64,000 nucleotides of DNA, from positions 928,001 through 992,000 of the forward strand of contig OZ244044.1 in assembly GCA_965215275.1 (NCBI GenBank). Direction: 5' to 3'. This DNA is from Thermodesulfobacteriota bacterium. Its GTDB lineage: Bacteria > Desulfobacterota_D > UBA1144 > Nemesobacterales > JAJCZQ01. The notes under the pieces are model-generated. The model was not told the origin of the DNA and did not search any database. It worked only from the letters and a program-made list of their open reading frames with translations. How positions within the stretch are numbered: the first letter of the stretch is position 1; each line of letters starts with the position of its first letter. Of this stretch, positions 10,614-20,119 are shown piece by piece. The translations under genes were made by a program, and so were the position numbers.

Positions 10614-11020
10614 GTTGCAAGGATATTCCTAATCACCATCATGTTTTGCGATATTGCAGCCCAAACAAAGTCCAAAAAAATGGGAAGATTGCCGAATCCG
10701 CCTTCTACCTTAGTCCAGATAATGATTATCTTTCCGTTAACTGGCTAGAGCACTTTAAGGTCGAATCAATCAATGAGCAAGTACAAGAAATCCGCAACAC
10801 AGTTAATAAAAAACTCAAACTCAAAAAAAATGGACGGTTTGCCAAACTGAACGTTGGCGAGATAAAAAACAAAATTAATGGATCAAGAGTTAAGCACATT
10901 CCGGAACGCAACGACCCTTCCCATTCCGGCATTTATGTCCACGGCGAGCAAAACAATGAAATTACACTGGAACTGGCTCACATAATAGTGCCCGATAAAG
11001 ACATCTTTGAGGCAATATAA
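10610..11020 (+). CDS. Putative ADP-ribosyltransferase-like toxin
   Basis: 136 aa with the pattern VLRY...AF...LSVNW...DPSHSGI, typical of small ART/RES-like toxins. Confidence 0.5.
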   Translation: MSCKDIPNHHHVLRYCSPNKVQKNGKIAESAFYLSPDNDYLSVNWLEHFKVESINEQVQEIRNTVNKKLKLKKNGRFAKLNVGEIKNKINGSRVKHIPERNDPSHSGIYVHGEQNNEITLELAHIIVPDKDIFEAI

Positions 11021-11046
11021 CTGTCAGTATCTTCCTCAATTTCTCA

Positions 11047-11062
11047 GGGAATTATATACTTA
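11047..11062 (+). repeat. Dispersed GGRAATTATATAC motif
   Basis: gggaattatatactta, 26 bp after the toxin stop codon. Confidence 0.65.
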
Positions 11063-11140
11063 ATTACACAAAAACTGAGCAAAAACCTAAAGTGTAAAAC
11101 CATAATAATTAAAATCCCACCCAAAATAAAATAATTTTCA

Positions 11141-11533
11141 TTAGTAATGAGTGTATTTTATTGCTACTAAATTCAATATATTTTCTGTTATAAAGAAAAA
11201 TACTCTGTCTGATCTTCCCATTATAAACTCATATAATTCAATATCATCGGGAAACCTTCTATATAGTTTGGAGTATTGACCTCTATTACTTATTGACTTA
11301 ATTGTGAAACCTAATCTTTTTAGAAAGGAAACTTCCTGACCTTGCTTATAAAATTTTCCATTTATTGATTGTAACTTCTTAATTATTTTTTCTTTTTTGT
11401 TTATATGAAACTTCTCTAATTCACTTTCTCTTTTATTATAATAATCTTTACTAACCTCCCACTTTTTATCTTGATTCCCTTTCTCAAAAGAACCAATATT
11501 TATATGAACATTGTTTAATGCATCTTTTGTTAT
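11141..11533 (-). CDS. Putative RelE-like toxin with a non-canonical (ATA) or mutated start; not in the ORF track
   Basis: 130 uninterrupted codons (ITKDALNNVH...IELYEFIMGRSDRVFFFITENILNLVAIKYTHY*) directly after the Panacea gene; ATAA start/stop overlap at 11533-11530. Confidence 0.6.
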   Translation of the reverse strand: MTKDALNNVHINIGSFEKGNQDKKWEVSKDYYNKRESELEKFHINKKEKIIKKLQSINGKFYKQGQEVSFLKRLGFTIKSISNRGQYSKLYRRFPDDIELYEFIMGRSDRVFFFITENILNLVAIKYTHY

Positions 11534-12039
11534 GTTTTCTTTATATCTTTTTCTGCCGATTTCTCTGCTTCCTTTAACTTTTCTCCGTAATACTTTTTCA
11601 TAGAACTTGCAGTTAAATTTACTTTGCTAAACTCATTAACATTAAGTCCGTCTCTGGCATCCTGCCAAGGTCTTTCATAATGAGTAAGTCTTTCCAAATA
11701 TCTTGCGTCAAAACCACCGTATTTATCCCAAACAACATCAAGTAATTCTTTAGTCTTTTCAGAAAAACTAAAATCATCTGGTATATCTACATCTATTTTT
11801 TCAAATCCGAATTTTTTATATTTTTTCCACAAACTATGGACAGCAGGGCCGTGTATCCACGCTTCTATAGGATCTTTAAACAATCGCTTATTATTAAATA
11901 CCAAGTGCCATGCTTGAGCATAGTAAACTAACTTTTGCAATTTCAAGTTAGTCATAGTTTTGTTATCTTTGTTAGACAGGTATATAAAATATCTTGCTAC
12001 CTCATATAAACTTTGAGATAACTTTTTATATTTAGCCAT
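11530..12039 (-). CDS. Panacea-domain (SocA/GepA/DUF4065) antitoxin
   Basis: TNLKLQKLVYYAQ, IEAWIHGP and L..LTH.E.PW motifs. Confidence 0.92.
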   Translation of the reverse strand: MAKYKKLSQSLYEVARYFIYLSNKDNKTMTNLKLQKLVYYAQAWHLVFNNKRLFKDPIEAWIHGPAVHSLWKKYKKFGFEKIDVDIPDDFSFSEKTKELLDVVWDKYGGFDARYLERLTHYERPWQDARDGLNVNEFSKVNLTASSMKKYYGEKLKEAEKSAEKDIKKT

Positions 12040-12387
12040 TAATATCTCCTATAAAATAATCTTATAATATGATGACGATTATTTAGACTGTTACAAAAAC
12101 ACATTCTTTATATTCTATTACAATAATAGCAACTACTAATCTCCTATGTCAAATCCTCGTTAAGTAATGAAAGAGAATAAAATAACAAAGCAAAATAAAA
12201 TCGGATTTTATAAATTTAGAATAGTTATCTCAATTACTAAAATATATTATCTCCTTATATTAAAATACAAACCAACTACTAATACCTAAACATATATTCA
12301 TAGGTCCTGCCCCCGTTTTCAATGTGCTTTTTTGTTGAGCTATGTTATCATATTACCTTCTGAATAATTTAATACATTTTTGGCACC

Positions 12388-12404
12388 AAAGTATATATTT
12401 CCCC
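12388..12404 (-). repeat. Dispersed GGRAATTATATAC motif, inverted copy
   Basis: Reverse complement reads ggggaaatatatacttt. Confidence 0.6.
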
Positions 12405-12483
12405 TTTTTTAAAGTTGAGTGGTGTTTGTAATTAAGCAGATATAGTTCATTAAAACACACAAATTCAAAGGAGGAACAACGGC

Positions 12484-13884
12484 ATGTTAAATCCAACTAC
12501 CGTATTACTGATAATCACCGTAATTATGCTCTTTGCAATTTTAATTACGGTCTGGAGGAAACCTGGACTTCAGACCGGAAAGGACAACGTGGGTGAAGTC
12601 GTCAGAGGAGAGATGTCCGTCAGCCGGCAGGAAGCCTCGGAAGATTCAAAAAGGCTCAGACAGGAAGTAACGGACATGCATAAATCATCTATGGACAGCG
12701 TTATCAAGACAATAAATGAAACAGGCAGAGTACAAACGGCAAACTCCACAGAACGACTGACCGCAGTGGAAAATCGGGTCAAGTCACTGACGGACAGCGT
12801 TATTAAGACAATAAATGAAACGGGCAGAGCACAAACGGCAAACTCCACAGAACGACTGACCGCAGTGGAAAATCGGGTCAAGTCACTGACGGATTCCAAT
12901 GAAACCCGCCTGAACAAGCTAAGGGAAACCGTTGAAGCTCAGATGAACAACCTGCTTACAAACAATGAGAAAAAACTGGATCAGATGAGACAAACGGTGG
13001 ATGAAAAACTGCAGAGCACGCTGGAAAGACGACTTGGTGAATCCTTTAAGCTGGTAAGTGAGCGTCTTGAGGCCGTCCAGAGAGGTTTGGGAGACATGCA
13101 GAACCTGGCTACCGGTGTAGGGGATCTCAAACGAATGATGACCAATGTAAAAACTCGCGGTACCTGGGGAGAATACCAGCTTGGAGCTATACTGGAGCAG
13201 ATACTGACAAGCGATCAGTTTGAACAGAAAGTGCAAATCAAAAAAAACTCCCAAGAACAAGTGGAGTACGCCATACGGTTACCGGGAAATGACGATGCTG
13301 AAGATGTCTGGCTGCCGATAGATGCCAAGTTCCCTCTAGAAGACTACCAGAGATTGCTGGATGCAGTGGAATCAGCTGATAAGAACGCCGTTCAGGAATC
13401 GACCAAATCGCTTATAAAAAGTATAAAAAAATCTGCAAAGGACATTGAGAGTAAATATATAGAACCACCTCGTACAACCGACTTTGCCATCATGTTCCTG
13501 CCAACGGAAGGACTGTATTCGGAGGTACTGAGACAGGCGGGAGTAGTAGAAGAACTGCAGCATAAATACAGAGTGACCATAGCAGGTCCCACCACGCTTG
13601 CCGCTATACTTAACAGCTTAAGGATGGGCTTTAGGACATTGGCCATTGAAAAACGCTCAAGCGAGGTCTGGGAAACCCTTTCAGCAGTAAAGACCGAATT
13701 CGGGAAATTCGGAGGAATGCTGGAAAAAGCCAAGAAACAACTTGAGACAGCGTCCGGTACAATAGATGAAATATACGGCACTCGTACAAGAGCAATAAAC
13801 AGAAAACTCAAGGACGTGGAAAAACTGACGGTCGAGGAATCGGAAAAAGTACTTTATATAAAAAACATATCAGAAGAGGAATAA
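12484..13884 (+). CDS. rmuC: DNA recombination protein RmuC with a 33-aa internal duplication
   Basis: N-terminal TM and coiled coil; KTRGTWGE, PIDAKFP and FLPTEGLY motifs; 99-bp duplication at 12693/12792. Confidence 0.95.
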   Translation: MLNPTTVLLIITVIMLFAILITVWRKPGLQTGKDNVGEVVRGEMSVSRQEASEDSKRLRQEVTDMHKSSMDSVIKTINETGRVQTANSTERLTAVENRVKSLTDSVIKTINETGRAQTANSTERLTAVENRVKSLTDSNETRLNKLRETVEAQMNNLLTNNEKKLDQMRQTVDEKLQSTLERRLGESFKLVSERLEAVQRGLGDMQNLATGVGDLKRMMTNVKTRGTWGEYQLGAILEQILTSDQFEQKVQIKKNSQEQVEYAIRLPGNDDAEDVWLPIDAKFPLEDYQRLLDAVESADKNAVQESTKSLIKSIKKSAKDIESKYIEPPRTTDFAIMFLPTEGLYSEVLRQAGVVEELQHKYRVTIAGPTTLAAILNSLRMGFRTLAIEKRSSEVWETLSAVKTEFGKFGGMLEKAKKQLETASGTIDEIYGTRTRAINRKLKDVEKLTVEESEKVLYIKNISEEE

Positions 13885-13976
13885 GTAAAAACAGTAGTAA
13901 AATGTTACATGTAATACACTGAAAAGCCTGTTCAAACATTTTTTATAGTTTAACGAATGTTATGAGTTTTGTGTTT

Positions 13977-14007
13977 CTTGCAGGAGCTTTTTGTTTGCTC
14001 CTGCAAG
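13977..14007. terminator. Perfect 11-bp hairpin downstream of rmuC, possible terminator
   Basis: cttgcaggagc-N9-gctcctgcaag; no clear U-tract follows. Confidence 0.45.
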
Positions 14008-14228
14008 CCAAGTATTAGCAAACCTTATTTTCCCTTATCAACATAGAGTCAAGGTTTACAGGGGTGATTTTGCCCTTGTTTCAGTCATTGGACTTGTGGT
14101 GTGGTGCCAGCTTTGGAACTTCATCTATCATCAATTTCACCAGATTAGCTGTATATCAGAGGTTAATTCTGGATTTTTATAATAAAGGTACTTGACCTCT
14201 TAAAATTCGAACCTATTTTGTTTATATA

Positions 14229-14651
14229 GTGAACATGACGGAGCAACAATACTTAGAAAACAGATTAGAAGACCAAATTGAATGGTACTCCCAAAAAAGT
14301 TCAAGATGCAAGCATTTATTTTGGGCTTTACGAGGTATAGAAATTGCTATAGCAGCACTAATACCCGCTCTATTCCATTTTGAATTGATAAAAGGCTATA
14401 TTCCATTATTAGGAGCAATTGTCGTAATTCTAATAGGACTTTTGAGCTTGTTTAAACTTCAGGAAAATTGGTTCTTATATAGAACAACAAGTGAAGAGTT
14501 AAAACACCATAAGTATTTATACATGACAAATACAGAACCATACTCCACAGAAGATAATTTTTCTATGCTTGTAGAGAATGTAGAATCCCTTATTTCTAAA
14601 GAAAATAGTTTATGGAAACAAAAACAATCATCTACCAATAAGGAGGTTTAA
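14229..14651 (+). CDS. DUF4231 (SLATT-like two-TM) protein
   Basis: YLENRLEDQIEWYSQKS, two TM helices, W..YR.T.E.LK. Confidence 0.85.
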   Translation: MNMTEQQYLENRLEDQIEWYSQKSSRCKHLFWALRGIEIAIAALIPALFHFELIKGYIPLLGAIVVILIGLLSLFKLQENWFLYRTTSEELKHHKYLYMTNTEPYSTEDNFSMLVENVESLISKENSLWKQKQSSTNKEV

Positions 14652-15124
14652 TGATGAAAAAGAAAATATTTATAGGCTACGATTATGATAACGATAAACA
14701 ATACAAAAACATGCTATTGGCATGGGATAAAAATCAAAGTTTTGATTTTGATTTTACGGATAAGTCAGCAGATACTTCGATTAAAAGTAATGATACTGCA
14801 ACTATCAAAAGGGCTATTTCCGCGAAAATTAACCAATCAGACATTTTCTTATGTCTTGTAGGAAAAGTTACTCGTAATTCTGGATGGGTAAAATGGGAAA
14901 TAGAAAAAGCTGTAGAACTAAATAAAACAATTGTAGCTGTAAAAATAGAAAAGGAATATGAAACTCCCGAAGAGTTGAAAAACGTAGGTGCTACCTGGGC
15001 AATGAGTTTTAATTTCGAAGCTATTAAAAAAGCAGTTGATGAATGTCAAAGTCCACATCTCAACATCACTACGGGAGCGGGAGCTAATGCCAGCGTTAAA
15101 CCTTCTCCTCCATGGAGTTCATAG
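14651..15124 (+). CDS. TIR domain protein (MTH538/DUF1863, ThsB-like) with a C-terminal tail
   Basis: KKIFIGYDYDND, LVGK.T..SGWVKWEI (catalytic Glu present); AGGAGG RBS; extra tail SPHLNITTGAGANASVKPSPPWSS. Confidence 0.88.
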   Translation: MMKKKIFIGYDYDNDKQYKNMLLAWDKNQSFDFDFTDKSADTSIKSNDTATIKRAISAKINQSDIFLCLVGKVTRNSGWVKWEIEKAVELNKTIVAVKIEKEYETPEELKNVGATWAMSFNFEAIKKAVDECQSPHLNITTGAGANASVKPSPPWSS

Positions 15125-15184
15125 ATTACTTTCGTAAATATAGCACAAGAAGATATCAAGTTAATCAAAGATACTCAACCTGAC

Positions 15185-15811
15185 TTGGTTTATGATGCTG
15201 AATCAAAGATTCTATCAGGTCGTTTAGCTTTCGAGGCGAATTTTAAAGGAAGAGAAATATCGGATGAATACAAGATAGAAATTGATTTGAATCGTGTAAA
15301 CCCTCTTCCTTTAGTAAAAGAGGTTGGTGGAAAAATTGAAAGATTATCCACTAAAAAAAACAAGAACCTAGAAGATCTTCATACCAATAAAGGAGATATG
15401 AATGACGGCCTGTGCTTGTGTTCTCGTCTGAAGTCTTTTGAGTGCTGTGATCAGTTTAAAAATAGCCTCAACCCTCTTTTTGATTTTATTAAAGAATTAG
15501 TTATTCCGTTTTTTTATGGGATATCCTATTTTGAAAAATTTAATGAATTCCCTTTTGGTGAACTTTCTCACGGAGAAGAGGGCTTGCTTCAGGATATAGA
15601 GGGAAATCTAAGCCTTTACAGGTATTTAGAGCCCTATGCTAAAACCTATCCAGATGAATACAAGGTGTTTCGTTTTGCTTATTCTAATATGCTTTTTAAA
15701 AAAGGTTTTTTTAAAAGGAAGATAGGAAGAAATGAAATGTGCCCATGCAACAGTGGACAAAAATATAAAAAATGCCACCGAGACATTATAGATATAATAA
15801 AGAGGCATTAA
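15185..15811 (+). CDS. Prokaryotic E2-like (ubiquitin-conjugating fold) protein with a C-terminal SEC-C motif; true start may be upstream
   Basis: YKIEI...LP.V.E.GG.I...HTN...DGLCL, VIPFFY..SY, PFGELSHGEEG and GRNEMCPCNSGQKYKKCH motifs. Confidence 0.7.
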   Translation: MVYDAESKILSGRLAFEANFKGREISDEYKIEIDLNRVNPLPLVKEVGGKIERLSTKKNKNLEDLHTNKGDMNDGLCLCSRLKSFECCDQFKNSLNPLFDFIKELVIPFFYGISYFEKFNEFPFGELSHGEEGLLQDIEGNLSLYRYLEPYAKTYPDEYKVFRFAYSNMLFKKGFFKRKIGRNEMCPCNSGQKYKKCHRDIIDIIKRH

Positions 15812-15941
15812 CAAAATAGTTTATCAAACAATCTTTACAATTCCCTAAATAATCATATAGTTTATTTGTTTTTAATTCGGTAGTATTGTAGGCTGTTTTA
15901 ATAAACGATCTTTATTTTATTATTTTGATAGATAGAGATAC

Positions 15942-18797
15942 ATGAACTTCATAGACGAATTTCACGGACCTAACTCGGGTTACGTGCTTGAATTTTACGA
16001 ACGTTACCTGAAAGACCCATCTTCCGTTGACCCTGACACCAGAAGGATCTTTGACAGCTGGAAACCAGTAATAAACGGTTCTGATACAGCGTCAGGACCA
16101 GCACGTTCCCGTTCCGGTAACGGTCCCGACACGGACCCAAATGCCCAGTCATATATAAAGAAATCAGTTTCCGTTTCAAACCTTGCAAGGTCCATAAGGG
16201 CTCATGGACACATGGGAAGCGATATCGACCCTCTGGGAAGCAGTCCACCGGGAGATCCCACGCTGAACCCGGAAATGCATGACCTGACGGACAATGACCT
16301 GATGAACCTGCCTGCCAGTTTAGTGGGCTGGCCAACTGCAGAAAGCGTGTCCAATGCCTATGAAGGAATAAAGAAGCTCAGAGAAATATACTCCTCGACC
16401 ATCGGATACAACTACGACCACGTATACAACGCAGATGAAAGAAAATGGCTGAGAGAAGTTATTGAGGTCGGTACGTTCAGAGCACCAATAAATCCCGTCG
16501 ACCCGATACGGATGCTAAGGACCCTTACACAGGTGGAGGCATTTGAACTTTTTCTTCACAAGATATATCCGGGCAAGTTCAGGTTCTCGATCGAAGGCGT
16601 TGACTCGCTCGTCCCTATGCTGAACGAACTGGTCTTTTTAGCGGTACAGGACGATATTCACAATATAATACTCGGAATGGCACACAGGGGCAGACTTAAC
16701 GTTATGCACCACGTTCTGGACAAAGCATACACCTACACGCTGAACAAGTTCAAAGACCCGATACTTGAAAGGGACTTCCGGGACGATATGGGATGGACCG
16801 GGGACGTTAAGTACCATGAGTCCGCAAGAAGGTCGATCAACAACGGAAAGCCCACAGACATGGTCATCAGTCTTGCACCCAATCCGAGCCATCTGGAATC
16901 AGTAAATCCGGTTATTCAGGGTATGACAAGAGCAGCCGGGACGACGGTCAGCAGGGCCGGAGAGCCGGAGTTCAATCCATCAATATCCATACCGGTTCAG
17001 ATACACGGGGACGCGGCTTTCCCGGGACAGGGTATTAACGCGGAGACGCTGAACCTCTCAAGACTGCCGGGATACTACGTAGGGGGTACGATCCACCTTA
17101 TCACGAACAATCAGCTGGGATACACGACGCTCCCGTCGGACGGAAGGAGCACCCTTTACAGCTGCGACCTGGCAAAGGGATTTGAAATACCCATGGTCCA
17201 CGTTAACGCTGACGACCCGGAGGCGTGTATAGAAACGATCAGACTGGCGTTCGGATATATAAGGAAGTTCAAAAAAGATTTCGTGATCGATCTGGTCGGA
17301 TACAGAAGGCATGGACACAATGAGACCGATGAACCTTATTTCACGCAGCCCGTGATGTACTCAAAGGTGCATTCTCATCCGACCGTCCGGGAGATATGGG
17401 CACGCAAACTCGTGGAGAACAGGATCACGAGCCAGGACCTTGTGGACCAGCTTATTCAGGAACAGAACGAGGTCCTGCACAAAGAGTATGAATCAATAAC
17501 GCCGGACGATATACCCGAGGAAACACAGTCCGATCGCCCGCCCGAGGGTATGGCAAGAAGGACAAAGACCTCCGTGCCCGTAAAACGGCTTAAGGAACTG
17601 AACGAGGAACTGCTGAAGGTCCCGGAGGACTTCACCATCAATTCCAAGATAAAAAGGATCAGGAACAAAAGGGTGAGTATGATCGGCAGGCCAGGTGAGG
17701 CCACGGTCGACTGGGCAGCGGCCGAAGAACTGGCCTATGCATCGATACTTGCCGATGGAATACCCATCAGGATCACCGGTCAGGACTGTGAGCGAGGGAC
17801 TTTCAGTCACAGACACGCCGTTCTTCACGATTCAGACAGCGGTGAGATTTTTATTCCGCTGCAGAACATACCTCAGGCAAAGGCTTCCTTTGAGATACAC
17901 AACAGCCCTCTGACCGAGAACGCCTGCATAGGATTTGAATACGGATACGATATACAAAGGGCCGACACGCTGGTGATATGGGAAGCACAGTACGGCGACT
18001 TTATAAACGGTGCACAGACCATAATAGATGAATACGTTGTATCCGCCAGGGCCAAATGGGGACAGACGCCTTCTCTGGTCCTGCTGCTTCCACACGCTTA
18101 CGAAGGACAGGGTCCGAACCACTCAAGCGGAAAGCTCGAGAGGTTCCTGATGATGGCAGGCGAGCACAACATGAGGATCGCGAACTGCACCACGGCGGCG
18201 CAGCTGTTCCATCTGATGAGAAGACAGGCACTGACCATCAGGACGGATCCCTTACCCCTGGTCGTAATGACGCCAAAGGGACTGTTAAGGAACCCAAGGG
18301 TCGCCTCGTCCCCGAAAGAGCTTGCCAGTGGAAAGTGGACCCCCGTGATAGACGACCCGATGGGAAACAGGCAGGCAGGTAAAGTCACAAGGCTTATACT
18401 GTGCAGCGGAAAGATATACTGGGACCTGGTCTCCAGTCCTATAAGGGAAAAACATCCCGAGATAGCAGTTGCAAGAGTGGAACAGCTATACCCGCGACCC
18501 AGGGACGAGATCAAGGAAGTGGTGGGAAGATACCCGAATATCAATGAACTCGTGTGGGTGCAGGAAGAACCTCAGAACATGGGAGCGTGGAAATATATGC
18601 TTCCCTTCCTGAGAAGAAAGATAACGGATTACAAAAATCCCATTCACTACATAGGCAGAAAGCGTAATTCAAGTTCCGCTGAAGGCTACCCCTCCATGCA
18701 CAAGGTCAATCATGAAATGATCATAGAGCAGGCTTTCAATATAGAGAAAGTGGTAAGCAGGATCAACGAAAGCGGTATAGCCTGGAACGTATACTAA
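15942..18797 (+). CDS. sucA: 2-oxoglutarate dehydrogenase E1
   Basis: GMAHRGRLN, NPSHLE, HGDAAF and WEAQYGDF motifs. Confidence 0.97.
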   Translation: MNFIDEFHGPNSGYVLEFYERYLKDPSSVDPDTRRIFDSWKPVINGSDTASGPARSRSGNGPDTDPNAQSYIKKSVSVSNLARSIRAHGHMGSDIDPLGSSPPGDPTLNPEMHDLTDNDLMNLPASLVGWPTAESVSNAYEGIKKLREIYSSTIGYNYDHVYNADERKWLREVIEVGTFRAPINPVDPIRMLRTLTQVEAFELFLHKIYPGKFRFSIEGVDSLVPMLNELVFLAVQDDIHNIILGMAHRGRLNVMHHVLDKAYTYTLNKFKDPILERDFRDDMGWTGDVKYHESARRSINNGKPTDMVISLAPNPSHLESVNPVIQGMTRAAGTTVSRAGEPEFNPSISIPVQIHGDAAFPGQGINAETLNLSRLPGYYVGGTIHLITNNQLGYTTLPSDGRSTLYSCDLAKGFEIPMVHVNADDPEACIETIRLAFGYIRKFKKDFVIDLVGYRRHGHNETDEPYFTQPVMYSKVHSHPTVREIWARKLVENRITSQDLVDQLIQEQNEVLHKEYESITPDDIPEETQSDRPPEGMARRTKTSVPVKRLKELNEELLKVPEDFTINSKIKRIRNKRVSMIGRPGEATVDWAAAEELAYASILADGIPIRITGQDCERGTFSHRHAVLHDSDSGEIFIPLQNIPQAKASFEIHNSPLTENACIGFEYGYDIQRADTLVIWEAQYGDFINGAQTIIDEYVVSARAKWGQTPSLVLLLPHAYEGQGPNHSSGKLERFLMMAGEHNMRIANCTTAAQLFHLMRRQALTIRTDPLPLVVMTPKGLLRNPRVASSPKELASGKWTPVIDDPMGNRQAGKVTRLILCSGKIYWDLVSSPIREKHPEIAVARVEQLYPRPRDEIKEVVGRYPNINELVWVQEEPQNMGAWKYMLPFLRRKITDYKNPIHYIGRKRNSSSAEGYPSMHKVNHEMIIEQAFNIEKVVSRINESGIAWNVY

Positions 18798-18824
18798 AAC
18801 AACAAATATATAAGAGAGGTAAGT

Positions 18825-20105
18825 ATGGCCATTAATGTAATAGTTCCCGAACTTGGTGACTCGGTATTAGAGGCAACAGTTATAAGATGGGTAAAACAGG
18901 AAGGGGACTTTGTAAAGCTCGGAGAGACCATCGTTGAACTGGAGACGGAAAAAGCCAACTTTGAAGTTGCCGCCAAAACGAGCGGATTACTGTCCAGGAT
19001 ATTAAAAAATGCGGAAGAAGACGTTGAAGTAGGGAACGTTCTTGGTGAGATAGAACCTTCGGACGAGCAGACCGCCGGCAAAAAGAGCAGTACACCTCAA
19101 GAAGCAGAAAAGCCCTCCAAGCAGCAGGATACGAGCATAACGGAAACAAGTACGGAGGAAACCAAGACCGCAGAGGAACCCGAAATCGCAGAAGAAACAA
19201 AAGGACCCGAGGTCAAAGCCACCCCGGTGGCACAGAACGTAGCAAGGCAGAACGAGGTCGACCTGTCGGAAGTCGAAGGAACGGGAGTGGGTAACAAGAT
19301 CATGAAGGAAGACGTGGAATCCCATCTTGGATCCAGAGAAAAGACGGCAGCGCCCGAACATAAGGATATCTCGGACCTGTTCCCCTCGATCGCAAAGATC
19401 AACTCAGACCGTGAAAAAAGGGTCAGGATGTCACGTCGCAGAAGAACGATCGCAAGAAGACTGAAGGAAGCTCAGGATACTGCCGCGATACTGTCGACCT
19501 TTAACGAGGTCGATATGTATAACGTGATGGACCTGCGAAAGAGAAAAAAAGAGGAGTTCAAGGAAAAGCACAATATCAGCTTGGGATTTTCAGGGTTTTT
19601 CGTAAAGGCGTGCATAGCGGCGCTGAAGGAGTTCCCGCAGCTTAACGCGGAGATACAGAACGAGGAGATAGTTTTTAAGAATTACTACGATATAGGTATT
19701 GCAATAGGAGCGGACGAAGGTCTTGTGGTTCCGGTACTCCGGGACGCGGACAGAAAAAGTATGGCGGAAATAGAAAGAACGGTAAAAGATTTTGCGGTCA
19801 GATCAGGTGAAGGAAAGCTGTCCCTTGACGACCTTATAGGCGGAACGTTCTCTATCACCAACGGCGGGGTCTTTGGTTCGCTTATGAGCACCCCTATAAT
19901 CAATCCGCCTCAGGTCGGTATTTTAGGACTGCACAAGATAGAAGAAAGACCCGTAGTTAAAGATGGCGAGATAACCGTCCGGCCGATGATGTACACCGCT
20001 CTGAGCTACGACCACAGGATCGTGGACGGTAAGGAAGCGGTTCAGTTCCTCGTAAGGATAAAGGAGCTTATAGAAGACCCGGAGTCACTGCTCATCGAAG
20101 GGTAG
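18825..20105 (+). CDS. sucB: Dihydrolipoyl succinyltransferase (E2 of OGDH)
   Basis: Lipoyl domain, E3-binding domain, DHRIVDG catalytic motif. Confidence 0.97.
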   Translation: MAINVIVPELGDSVLEATVIRWVKQEGDFVKLGETIVELETEKANFEVAAKTSGLLSRILKNAEEDVEVGNVLGEIEPSDEQTAGKKSSTPQEAEKPSKQQDTSITETSTEETKTAEEPEIAEETKGPEVKATPVAQNVARQNEVDLSEVEGTGVGNKIMKEDVESHLGSREKTAAPEHKDISDLFPSIAKINSDREKRVRMSRRRRTIARRLKEAQDTAAILSTFNEVDMYNVMDLRKRKKEEFKEKHNISLGFSGFFVKACIAALKEFPQLNAEIQNEEIVFKNYYDIGIAIGADEGLVVPVLRDADRKSMAEIERTVKDFAVRSGEGKLSLDDLIGGTFSITNGGVFGSLMSTPIINPPQVGILGLHKIEERPVVKDGEITVRPMMYTALSYDHRIVDGKEAVQFLVRIKELIEDPESLLIEG

Positions 20106-20119
20106 TAACGGTCAGGTCT

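Noticed and set aside
6330..15900. Integron cassette array
   Set aside because: No integron integrase or attC-like hairpins were seen, and gene orientations are mixed.
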